32,097 nt of DNA from Octopus bimaculoides (taxonomy: Eukaryota), in NCBI RefSeq assembly GCF_001194135.2, contig NC_068999.1, positions 23,609,889-23,641,985 of the forward strand, in the 5' to 3' direction. The notes under the pieces were generated by a model. The model ran no database searches, had not been told where the DNA came from, and worked only from the letters and a program-made list of their open reading frames with translations. This document shows, in pieces, positions 21,777-31,858 of the stretch (position 1 is the stretch's first letter; each line of letters begins with the position of its first letter). Position numbers and translations under genes: made by a program.

Positions 21777-22507
21777 TAGTGTTACTTTTGAAATTTGTTT
21801 TTAAATATAGAAAATGTTTCCAAATCTCTGAAAGATGTATAACCAATAACTTATAATAAGCTGAAAATATAAAATCAGTATATTTTGTAAGCTGCAAGGT
21901 TAAGTGAAAGCTAATGATACAGTAGTACATTTGGGATCATCTAGATTTCCAGATATGTGGATTTATGAATATAAATAATTCTAACATAACACTGAAAATT
22001 AGAGGAGATGATGATGATGGTGATTTGTAAATATGAATATCCAGCAACGAAATTTATTGTGTAAACATGTAAAAGTAAGGTATAAATTTCAGAGAGTTTA
22101 TGTCACATACATGCATGGATGCATGCATACATACATACATACATACATACATACATCATTAGCTTTTATTTGGGTTTGTAATAATGCATAAATATGCTGT
22201 TTAACAAATGTAAACATACTTTTTACTCTCAACTTATAAGTTAAAGGTGATTATAAACTTTTTCCATGTTTACTAAGATTATTCATATATATATATATAT
22301 TCAGTGAGAGTTAGAGGTTGTGAATCCAACCAACTAAAGGATAGTAACTACCCAATATACCACTGGTAGTGTATCCAATTATTAATACCCAAGTGCTGGT
22401 TATTGTATGGCAATTTCGCTATTGAGTGTAAAAAATGGGCGAGGGTAAAAAGTGGTTTTACCCTTAATTTATACAGCAAGAAGAAAATGGTGGGGATCCA
22501 GAGGTAG

Positions 22508-22757
22508 TATACATCAACTGTTAGACATTATATTATGTCTATTTATTTATTCTAAAACATTTATGAGAATAAATACATATGTAAAGACTGTGTATTACAT
22601 ACATACATACATACATACCAGTAATTCATATAATTTTCTATTCTATGAGTTACTGGTACGTATGTATGTAATACACAGTCTTTACATATGTATTTATTCT
22701 GATAAATGTTTTAGAATAAATAGATATAATATAAAGAGGTCTAACAGTTGATGTATA
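22508..22757. repeat. 250-nt near-perfect palindrome
   Basis: Arms 22508-22630 and 22644-22757; 13-nt loop; 41-bp perfect core (22566-22606 vs 22660-22700). Confidence 0.95.
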
Positions 22758-22768
22758 TTATTTCTGTA

Positions 22769-23138
22769 NNNNNNNNNNNNNNNNNNNNNNNNNNNNNNNN
22801 NNNNNNNNNNNNNNNNNNNNNNNNNNNNNNNNNNNNNNNNNNNNNNNNNNNNNNNNNNNNNNNNNNNNNNNNNNNNNNNNNNNNNNNNNNNNNNNNNNNN
22901 NNNNNNNNNNNNNNNNNNNNNNNNNNNNNNNNNNNNNNNNNNNNNNNNNNNNNNNNNNNNNNNNNNNNNNNNNNNNNNNNNNNNNNNNNNNNNNNNNNNN
23001 NNNNNNNNNNNNNNNNNNNNNNNNNNNNNNNNNNNNNNNNNNNNNNNNNNNNNNNNNNNNNNNNNNNNNNNNNNNNNNNNNNNNNNNNNNNNNNNNNNNN
23101 NNNNNNNNNNNNNNNNNNNNNNNNNNNNNNNNNNNNNN
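22769..23138. other. Assembly gap (370 N)
   Basis: N run; other gaps at 2228-2359 and 28201-28232. Confidence 1.
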
Positions 23139-23171
<33 letters not shown>

Positions 23172-23300
23172 TATATATATATATGTTTGTGTCTGTGTTT
23201 ATCCCCCCCCCCACTTGACAACCAATGTTGATGTATTTACGTCCCTGTAACTTAGTAGTTCGGCAAAAGAGACTGATAGTATAAGTACTAGGCTTACAAA
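23139..23300 (+). mobile_element. SINE family A, 3' portion
   Basis: (TA)n followed by GTGTCTGTGTTT...TTCGGCAAAAGAGAC...AGGCTTACAAAG. Confidence 0.8.
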
Positions 23301-23483
23301 GTTATAATTCTACATAGAATATTTTAAAATATATAAAATACTTTAACAATGTTTTTTAATACAATTTTTAATAATTATAAAAATACAATGGGATTTTTTT
23401 AAACATCGAATGGCTATGGGGATCCACCTGAGTACAGTAAGAATCAGAGGGGTCCATAGGCAAAAAATGATTGAAAGCCATTG
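23301..23483 (-). mobile_element. Second copy of the hAT MITE, opposite orientation, truncated
   Basis: Reverse complement CAATGGCTTTCAATCATTTTTTGCCTATGGACCCC...ATAGCCATTCGATGTTTAAAAAA aligns with 20332-20490. Confidence 0.75.
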
Positions 23484-24419
23484 CTTTGAAATGATTTGAG
23501 TGAATTATCAGAATAACTAGTAAATTATTTCATGATTAACTGTCATACAACAAAACAAAGACAAAAGGAAAGAAAAGAATCAAAACAAACATTTTTGTGA
23601 ATAAGTATATCAGGTATTCAAAATGATTGTAAATTTGCTGCACAGATGTATAAAAGTGTGAATGTGAGAGCTAATATTTATCAATATAGCTTTATGTTCT
23701 TGAGGTGTTAATAATAGAAAAGTGAAGCCAACCCCATAAGTCGTATTTTCTATTAGTTTTGAATTTGCTTTGTATATATCTACAGAAAAACACTTGGTTA
23801 AAAAATGTAAAATGAAATAAAATCTAAATTCAAAAGTGAATTCAAGAGTAGTACATATTGTATAGCTATAGTTTGTAACCTATTTAGAATTAAATAAGAA
23901 GGATCCTTAAAACTCAGTGTGTGTTCGGTTTACAGTCATTAATTATTTTATAAGAGTGTAGATAATTTGAGCTGATAAGGTTTTGGACAACCAGTCAAGA
24001 GACTGATAATTTATTATATGGCCAAGACACTCAGTTTTTAAATAATTCAATCTATCTGGATGGATATGAATACGACTGGAGCCACTGACTGCTGTAAACA
24101 GTAAAAGCATTGTAAAACTGATGAGTGGTTTGTTAATTTACAATGCAGAACCATCTCCAGTGTTCACCCATTTATGTCAGTTTGTCTTGTCAATGGATCC
24201 AGACAATAGTTTTTATTGAAAAATTCACAATATTTGAGGCGAGATTTCCTAAAGTTCAAATTATTAAATCATATTGAAAAAAAAGTCCCACACATATGTA
24301 TATACATAGGTATGTATGATATATGTGTCTATATACATGCTAAAAAAAGAAAATGAAACTAGTATTTCAGTTATTCTTCCTTTCCTAATTATTCAAAGTT
24401 AATTTACATTAAGGAGTGG

Positions 24420-24690
24420 AATGTACAATTTCCTGTCAGTCAGACTGCCTCGTGGTCCCAACAGACAAAATGGAAAGGCATTGCCTTGGAATATGGTGAG
24501 GGAGCTGCACTGGAACAGCCACTCTGACTCACAGGGCTTGCACTTGCAGACAGCCATCTCCATCCCAATAGCAGTGAGCATGGATATTGTCTGGGGGCTG
24601 AGAATGCCAGATGTCTCCACTGCCACAGGCTCAACCATAAACCTGTCAGAGTGCTGATGGCAACAAGGACCCATTTCATCCATGTCATTT
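24420..24690 (-). mobile_element. CRE-like (restriction-like endonuclease) non-LTR retrotransposon 3' remnant
   Basis: Minus ORF contains PVAVETSG...L.AIG...P.ESEWLFQ.SSL...QGNA, resembling the RLE C-terminal motif P.AVET.G...WL.QRLS.A.QRGNA. Confidence 0.55.
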
Positions 24691-24867
24691 TGGATTCCTC
24701 ACACAAGTATCAAATAGTAGAAGGCTTTCTGTGGACATAGAGCTTACTTTTATTAACTCTTTTGCTTTTTTTTTTTTCAAGACATTTATTTAACTAAACC
24801 AAGTAAGAAAGATTTTTTCAACTCAGCCTACATATTATTTTATTGAGATCATACTTCTATTACACAG

Positions 24868-25032
24868 ACACTGTTGGATTTGGGAGCTTCTCCCAACTAT
24901 AAAGACTTGAGATATTTAACACCATTGTACTATGTTGTCAGCAAAGCCGATCCTGTTTGTGCAGAGCTACTTTTGAATGAAAGGGCTATAATTGGAACTA
25001 CAGATGAACAAGGATGGTTTGAAATTCACCAG
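24868..25032 (+). CDS. Shank: Shank exon 7 (ankyrin repeats)
   Basis: TLLDLGASPNYKDLRYLTPLYYVVSKADPVCAELLLNERAIIGTTDEQGWFEIHQ (cf. TLLDLGASPDYKDSRGLTPLY...GWQEIHQ); CAG acceptor, CAG|GTAAAT donor; 165 nt. Confidence 0.97.
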
Positions 25033-25639
25033 GTAAATATATAGTCATGCCAAACAGAATAAAACCTACTTTTCAATTTACACTCCTACCTTAAACTATA
25101 TTTTAAAGCAATTACATTTCTTTGATTCTGTGACATATGTGTTCTTTGAATTTTATGGTATTTGTTTTTGAGGCTCCTAAATCTGCTTCTCACATCCAGT
25201 TACATCACACTACTACAGTTATTCAGTTGTCTCTTTTATAATTAATATCAAATATTTGCTATTTATAAAAGTTCCTTATTCAACATTTCCATAAAGTTGA
25301 CAATGTAGAGACAAACAGTTGAAACTGTATACTTTGATATACAATTGGTTACTGCTATTCTGATTTACTTTCGATGTCTTGGGTGTGAGAACGCCTACTC
25401 AGCTGGGTCTGCAGGTTGTAAATATGGAAATGGCTTCTAGATAAGGATTAGCACTGAATATGGATCACACACAGATTTCCCTTTGGGAAAACATAGCACC
25501 CAACAGCCATCCTGACTAAAGATACAGAAGAAGCCATGGGAAGCAGCATGGGAGATGTGCAGATTAGACAAAAGAACCATCCATTTACCAATGGTGACGC
25601 AGACAAATTGCTGGACAGAGGAACCAGATCACATTTCTG

Positions 25640-25760
25640 AAGTGTGTTGCATGTCTGTACCAGTGCAGTCTTCTTACTTGAATACTGCATCTAATTCCTC
25701 TTGTACCAAGCTTTTCTCTCATCCTTCATGCACACAAACATCCATTGGCATATGCTCACT
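25640..25760 (-). mobile_element. Decayed RTE RT fragment
   Basis: Minus translation REKLGTRGIRCSIQVRRLHWYRH resembles RTE LREKLG..GIR....RRLRWYGH. Confidence 0.5.
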
Positions 25761-26312
25761 TTATTTCTTTCAAGCTTTCATACATCCTCTACATTCAATA
25801 CCCAGGTTTTACTACCATTGCATTTTGTACACAAACAATCTATCCTTCAGTCGAAGAGAGGATCCTTTTGTTGCCAGCAGCGGTAGTAGTTCCCAGAACT
25901 TTCTTTAAACCTGTTCTTACTATGCTTTTGAAACACCTCCTACTATTGGTTTTGGCTACCTAGGTTATAGATGCTTCTAAGTAATTCTATGAAGTTTTCT
26001 AAGCATTAGAAAGAATTTTTTCACTGGTGCTTTTCATGCAAAACTATTCTTGTGCATCTGCTAGAATGTCAGCTGGCCTCTAATTTTAGTACAGCCTTTG
26101 TTTACAATTATAGTTTACATAAGGTGCACCATATAGAATTTTTACCTCCTCCTTTTCTATACATCAACCTTTTCCCCAATGGGTGTAGAAAACTTTACCT
26201 TCATATATTACATATTATATGCACTCCTTTTTTTAATCTTGATTTTGGTAGGAAAATCTGAAATTGCAGTTACACAAAAAACTGTTATATTCACTTTTCC
26301 TTTATAAACAAT

Positions 26313-26523
26313 AATATTGGTTTAAAATATTGGCACAAAGCCAGTAACTTCAGGGAAGGGGGTTAAGTCAATTAGACCAACCTCAGTACTCAACTGGGAC
26401 TTATTTCATCAACCAATGGCAAAATCAACCTCAGTGGAATTTGAACTCAGAATGTAATGACAGACAAAATGCCACTAAGCATATTGCCTGGCATGCTTAC
26501 CACTTCTGCCAGCTCATCACCTT
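26313..26523 (-). mobile_element. SINE family B (older; decayed TSD)
   Basis: Family B reverse complement, flanked by TTTATAAACAATAATAT (26301-26317) and TTTATAGACAGTAATAT (26524-26540). Confidence 0.85.
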
Positions 26524-26554
26524 TTTATAGACAGTAATATTAAAAAGGTTCTTA

Positions 26555-26737
26555 GGGCAGTGAGCTGGCAGAATTTTTAGCACACCAGGCAAAATACTTA
26601 GCAGCATTTCATCTGTCTTCATGTTCTGAATTCAAAATCCACCGAGGTGGACTTTGCCTTTCATCCTTCCAGGGTTGATAAAATCAGTACTAATTGAGCC
26701 TTCGAAATTACTGACCTTGTGTCATAAATTTGAAACC
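26555..26737 (+). mobile_element. SINE family B with a perfect 19-bp flanking direct repeat
   Basis: AATATTAAAAAGGTTCTTA at 26536-26554 and 26738-26756 (TPRT-type TSD; part may be tail). Confidence 0.9.
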
Positions 26738-26868
26738 AATATTAAAAAGGTTCTTAAATGGCTTATTAACTCATCTAATGCATAACTTCATTTTTGTATC
26801 TGACTCTCCCCAGACACAACATAAAGCATAACTGTCAATTCACAAATACATTTCGATTTCCATTTTAG

Positions 26869-26985
26869 GCATGCCGCAGTGGCAAAGTTCAGATTTTGGA
26901 ACATTTAATATATTATGGAGCTGACATGGATGTGCAGAATGCAAGTGGAAATACACCATTGCATATCTGTGCAGTTACAAATCAG
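26869..26985 (+). CDS. Shank: Shank exon 8 (ankyrin repeats)
   Basis: ACRSGKVQILEHLIYYGADMDVQNASGNTPLHICAVTNQ (cf. ACRFGHVQHLEHLLFYGADMGAQNASGNTALHICALYNQ); TTTTAG acceptor, CAG|GTTTGT donor; 117 nt. Confidence 0.97.
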
Positions 26986-27180
26986 GTTTGTGATTTCAGA
27001 ATAAAATTAGTTCATAATTTTGCCAACTTAAACACCATTAATTCATTCTAAAAGAGATTTTCATTTATTGAATATCGACAAGTTTTATACAGGTATATGT
27101 TTCCCATTTAAAAAAAAATTTTGGCCTAATATTACTGGTTATTACTAATCCCTGTGTGTGTGGGGGGGTGGGGGGTGTAA

Positions 27181-27465
27181 ACCACCACCACCACCACCAT
27201 CATCATCATTGTCATCAACATCATCATTTTCATTGTCGTCGTCATCATTTTGATCATCTTGATCATCTTTGTCAACATTGTCATCATCTTTATCATCATA
27301 GTCACCATTACCTTCATCATCATCATCATTATTATTGTCTTCATCAACATCCTCATAACCATTGTCATCATCGTCATCATCTTCATTGTCAATATCATCA
27401 TCTTCATCATCATCATCATCATCATCATCAGGAGCAGCATGATTATCGTCATTATTTTCATCATT
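27181..27465. repeat. Degenerate (CAT)n trinucleotide array, probably an expanded LINE tail
   Basis: Followed by TTTAATCTCTACTTTCCATGCTTGCATG, similar to the RTE-type tails. Confidence 0.8.
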
Positions 27466-27817
27466 GTTTTAATCTCTACTTTTCCATGCTTGCATGAGTC
27501 AGAAAACTCTGACCCATGCAAGCAGAGTTTTCTTTGACTGGATACCCTCCTTGCCATCAACACTTGCTTCCAAGTGAGGTAATATTATTCCAGCCCATCC
27601 AACAACAAACAGCTCAGACATATTTATAAGGAGAAAGAACTGCAAACAAATGACATCACATGAAGGAGGCTCCTGTTTGGAAGAATCATGCAACATGTCG
27701 AGACATCTCAAGAAACTTGGACAAACAAATGCACTATTTACAAACAGCAAAGAACACACATGTAGATGAGGGAAATATGAAAACTCACTTAAGCACAAAA
27801 AAACACACAGATAAATA

Positions 27818-28139
27818 TCATTCATCATCATCATTATCATTATCATCATTTAACATCCATTTTCCATGCTATTGTGGGTTGGATGGTTTGACAGGAGCTG
27901 CTAAGGGCCACACCAGGCTCCATTGCCTGTTCTAGCATGGTTTCTATGGCCATATGCCCCTCCTAAACACCAACCACTTTACAGAGTGCACTGGTGCTTT
28001 TAACATGACACCAGTATCAATTCTGCTGTAGTGGATGGGTCTTCTTGAGAACAGCAAGGTGCCAGACATCTCAGTCCTTTGTCATCTCTTTCATAAGATA
28101 CAGTGTCTTGAGATCAGCTTTCAATACTTTGTCCCATGT
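27818..28139 (-). mobile_element. RTE-type LINE 3' end with (GAT)n tail
   Basis: Minus translation TWDKVLKADLKTLYLMKEMTKD*DVWHLAVLKK; conserved tail CATCATTTAACATCCATTTTCCATG. Confidence 0.75.
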
Positions 28140-28149
28140 ACATATATAC

Positions 28150-28152
28150 ATG

Positions 28153-28200
<48 letters not shown>

Positions 28201-28232
28201 NNNNNNNNNNNNNNNNNNNNNNNNNNNNNNNN

Positions 28233-28262
<30 letters not shown>
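28150..28262. repeat. (CA)n/(TA)n array spanning N gap 28201-28232
   Basis: Direct reading. Confidence 0.9.
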
Positions 28263-28266
<4 letters not shown>

Positions 28267-28844
28267 GACTTTGTCTTTTATATATATAAGACAAAGCTCA
28301 ACCTGGAAAGACACTTTGATCTTCAGGTTACCCATTCTGTCAAGTAACATTATGCCAGAAATCTTTCAGTCGATCCCCATTTTGGCCCCTTGTATGTATT
28401 TGTGATTGTACACTTTAGGTCATTACTCAACACACATAACTATAGGTGGGGACAAGCACAAAAGCCAAACTGAAGATAACAAATTTGGCTTTTTATTTGC
28501 TGAAATAAATAAAATATTAGTGACAGGACTATTGTTTCTTCTCGTTCACTGCAGAAGTATTTCTAATTAAGTATATCAAAACTATCTTAACTATTAATTT
28601 GAAAAGCTTTGTCTCTGATTGCTTGTGCTTTATTATGTTTTATTTACTTTTCTTATCTCCTGTAGAAATATGACAGCTAAAAATAGCGGTTGCATAAATC
28701 TTTTATCTTGAAGTAAATATGACCACATTATCTAAGCTCTATTGAGAAATTGAATGGAAATAGCTAACTAATGACATTGATTAAATTAATGATATTCAGT
28801 TTCAAAACATTGTTTGTATATGAGATGTGTTGTTTATATTGCAG

Positions 28845-28989
28845 GAGTCTTGTATTCGTGTCCTGCTTTTCCGTGGTGCTAACAAAGTCATTGTAAATCT
28901 AAACAATCAAACACCATATGAGGCTGCTATTATTGCTGGTAACTTAGATCTTGCTGAAATTATCAAAGGATACAGTTCTGCTGATATAG
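28845..28989 (+). CDS. Shank: Shank exon 9 (last ankyrin repeats); gene continues beyond the window
   Basis: ESCIRVLLFRGANKVIVNLNNQTPYEAAIIAGNLDLAEIIKGYSSADI; TTGCAG acceptor, G|GTTAGT donor; 145 nt, ends phase 1. No further Shank exon recognised in 28990-32097. Confidence 0.96.
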
Positions 28990-29112
28990 GTTAGTGTTTT
29001 ATTATTGACAAGTTTTAATAAATGTTTAAATGTAATTCACTTTATTTTCCAGCTTGCATTGTATCCGTATTGTTATGAAACATGCATAACTCAACAATAG
29101 ACTTATAAACAT

Positions 29113-29310
29113 CGCTGTGTGGTTAAAAAATGAAAAACCATTTCCAGTCATATTGTCTCTCATTTTGATCTCAATACAATGCACCTTGGGTAAATGTCTT
29201 CTCACATAGCCTCACGATGATCAAAGTCTTGTAAGTGGAATTTAGCAAACAGAAGCTGTGTAGATCACCATCAGAAGTATTTACGTCTGTGTGTATGTGC
29301 ATATATATGA
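29113..29310 (+). mobile_element. Old SINE family A 5' half
   Basis: GCTGTGTGGTTAA...CCTTGGGTAAATGTCTTC...AAAGTCTTGTAAGTGGA. Confidence 0.55.
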
Positions 29311-29340
29311 ATATTATATATTTCGGTGGGGGGAAGGGGG

Positions 29341-29506
29341 GGACTGTGTGGTTATAAGTTTGCTTCACAACCACATGGTTCTGGGTTCAGTCACATTTTG
29401 TGGTACCTTGGGCAAGTGTTTCTACTATAACCTCAGGCTGACCAAAGCCTTATGAATGGATTTTGTAGATTGAAACTGAAAGAAGCCTGCTGTGTATATA
29501 TATATA

Positions 29507-29559
<53 letters not shown>

Positions 29560-29850
29560 ATATGTGCGTGTGTGTGTATACATAAATATGTGTGTGTGTG
29601 TATGTATGTGTGTTTGTATCTTTGTGCATGTGTTTGTCCCTCAACACTGCTTGACAACCAGTATTGGTGTGTTTATGTCCTCATAACTTAGCAGTTCAGC
29701 AAAAGAGAACAATAGAATAAGTATCAGCCTTTACAAAAAAAAGTAATATGTACTGAGGTCAATAAATTTGACTAAAAGTCTTCAAGGTGGTGCCCTAGCA
29801 TGGCCACAGTTTAATGACAGGAAGAAGTAAAAGATAAAAGACAAAAGATA
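29341..29850 (+). mobile_element. SINE family A, full length, internal (TA)/(TG) array
   Basis: Head GACTGTGTGG...GGGTTCAGTC; tail CATGGCCACAG...AAGTAAAAGATAAAAG. Confidence 0.88.
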
Positions 29851-30137
29851 TTCTGTTGAGGGACAGCAGAATTGAAGTATTGAATAAAAATACCTTAGTG
29901 GCATTTGGTCCTGCACGAAGGACTTCCCATTATGCCTAGGTTAACTTTGCCATTTTACCTTATCAGATTGATAAAATAATTCAAGGCAAAGTGACCAAAA
30001 CTCTTGAAGGCACACCATCAGCTGTAGCCCCTCCCCCTTAAGCCCTTCAAACCATGAGGCTGCTAGTCAGTCCCCACCCCCTATTCTAGGAAGTCACCTA
30101 ATATTGGGTATCACATGATCATACATATGTATCATAA

Positions 30138-30302
30138 GACTTGAACTACCTTCTCTTCATCATGTGGGATTTGTACCTTGTGCACCATGCATCTGATGGT
30201 GGACTTTGCCACCTTGAGCTGCTCAGCACAAACCCTCACCCTCATTAATCTATTGGTATCATTGTTAATAATATCCTAACCTGCTGGATGAACTCAGTCA
30301 TC
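30138..30302 (-). mobile_element. Tc1/mariner transposase remnant (HTH region), frameshifted
   Basis: Minus translation segments TEFIQQV, VAKSTIRCMVH and YKSHMMKR. Confidence 0.55.
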
Positions 30303-30665
30303 TTGATAATGTCTGACCACTGAGAATGTCTCAGATGACACATTCCCACCAAAGACATCTCAACCTTAAGCAAGAAGGATTTAGCCATGCTAAAAAGCTG
30401 GTAAACTTCAAATGTTCTTGATGGCTACAGCCACAAATGCAACTTAGCTTTTCATCTCTCATATCAGACTGGAATCAACCATGTTGATGTGGCTACTATG
30501 TTGAAAATAGAAGTGAGAAAATTAAAGTTTGGCATAGCCAACTGTCACCAACTAGAATTCTTAAAAACTTCATAATAAGTAAGCAAAAAAAGTAAATAAG
30601 AAAATTCTCTGAATCTCTTTTCTTATAATTCCTTAATACTAAATTCAAATTTCTAATCTTACTAA

Positions 30666-31108
30666 CCCTTTAGCATTAAACAGACCATATCTGACCCAAA
30701 TATTCTTCCTGCCTTACACTCAAACTGACCAGCTTTAGCCTTGCACTCCTACCTTACAACGTCATTGTAAAAGTAAACAATCACATCATTGAAATTTTGA
30801 AATTATGAAAAAATGCATGATTAACCCATTAGCATTTAAATCAGCTATGTCTGGTCAAATTATTCTACATCTTTTATAGTCAAACTTGCCAGGTATGGCC
30901 TCTCCTGTCTACCTTATAATGTCGTTCTAAAAATAAAAAATCACATCATCAAAATCTTGAAGTGACAAGATAATGCAGGATTAATTCAAAACAATATGAA
31001 TTAATAAGTACTACATTTGACAGAGTAATCTGAACACTAAAGGTTTAATTCAAAACATTGTGAATAAACAAGTATTATTCTTAAAAGAATAATCTGAATG
31101 CTAAAGAG
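30666..31108 (+). mobile_element. piggyBac-type MITE containing a nested copy of itself
   Basis: Outer CCCTTTAGCATT...AATGCTAAAGAG with CTAA on both flanks; inner copy 30825-31044 (CCCATTAGCATT...CACTAAAGGT) with TTAA on both flanks; each about 220 bp. Confidence 0.88.
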
Positions 31109-31654
31109 CTAAATAGTATGAAGAAATGATTGTAATACCTATGGCCACTTGGGGAAACCCTTGTAATACCTATGGCCACATGAGGAAACATATATTTCAT
31201 TCAGTTTTTTATTTCTTTTTTCTTCATTAATGGCCTGCTAAAGTTTTTTCACAAACACCCAGCACTCATTAGAATACATTAGAATTAACTACCATTCTCC
31301 AGTCACTGGCATATCATCAAAATGTGTTACCTTTCCCACTCTTCTACTATGATAACCTATGCTCCTCTGAATATAATAACCATATCTTCACTTCACCTTT
31401 ACTTTGTGCTCTTAACACTCCTCTTGGCATTAGCCCACTGTGTTGCATCTCAGAAAATCCCAAACCTTCCTCATAACTTCAATAGAGACTAATAGTTCAG
31501 AATTCATTTCTGTAATCATGCTTTATATATTTGGTCCTTGCTAGTTATTGTTCCCTATTGGAAAAAATGAGTATTAAAAAATTTTTTTAATAATTTGTTT
31601 TTCCATACTGGCATGGGTTGGACAAACATTCTAATCTAAAACATTTAAATATAT

Positions 31655-31827
31655 AGGTGCAGACATAGTTGTGTGTTAAGAAGTTTAGTTCCCAACCACA
31701 CGGTTCCAGGTTCAGACCCACTGCATGATACCTTGGGCAAATGTCTTCTGCTGTAGCCTCAGGTCAACCAAAACCTTGTGAGAGGATCTGGTTGACAAAA
31801 CCTGAAAAAACTCATTATGTGTGTGTG

Positions 31828-31858
<31 letters not shown>

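Noticed and set aside
25500-25640. Stop-free plus-strand stretch in intron 7 as an extra exon
   Set aside because: Poor acceptor, no donor, no ankyrin similarity; exons 7 and 8 already join in frame.
27161-27177. G-quadruplex (G7-T-G6)
   Set aside because: Too short for a three-tier four-tract fold, and the adjacent (ACC)n would compete.
27132-27563. Met-rich, His-rich and Ile-rich ORFs
   Set aside because: Frames of a degenerate (CAT)n array; no splice or homology support.
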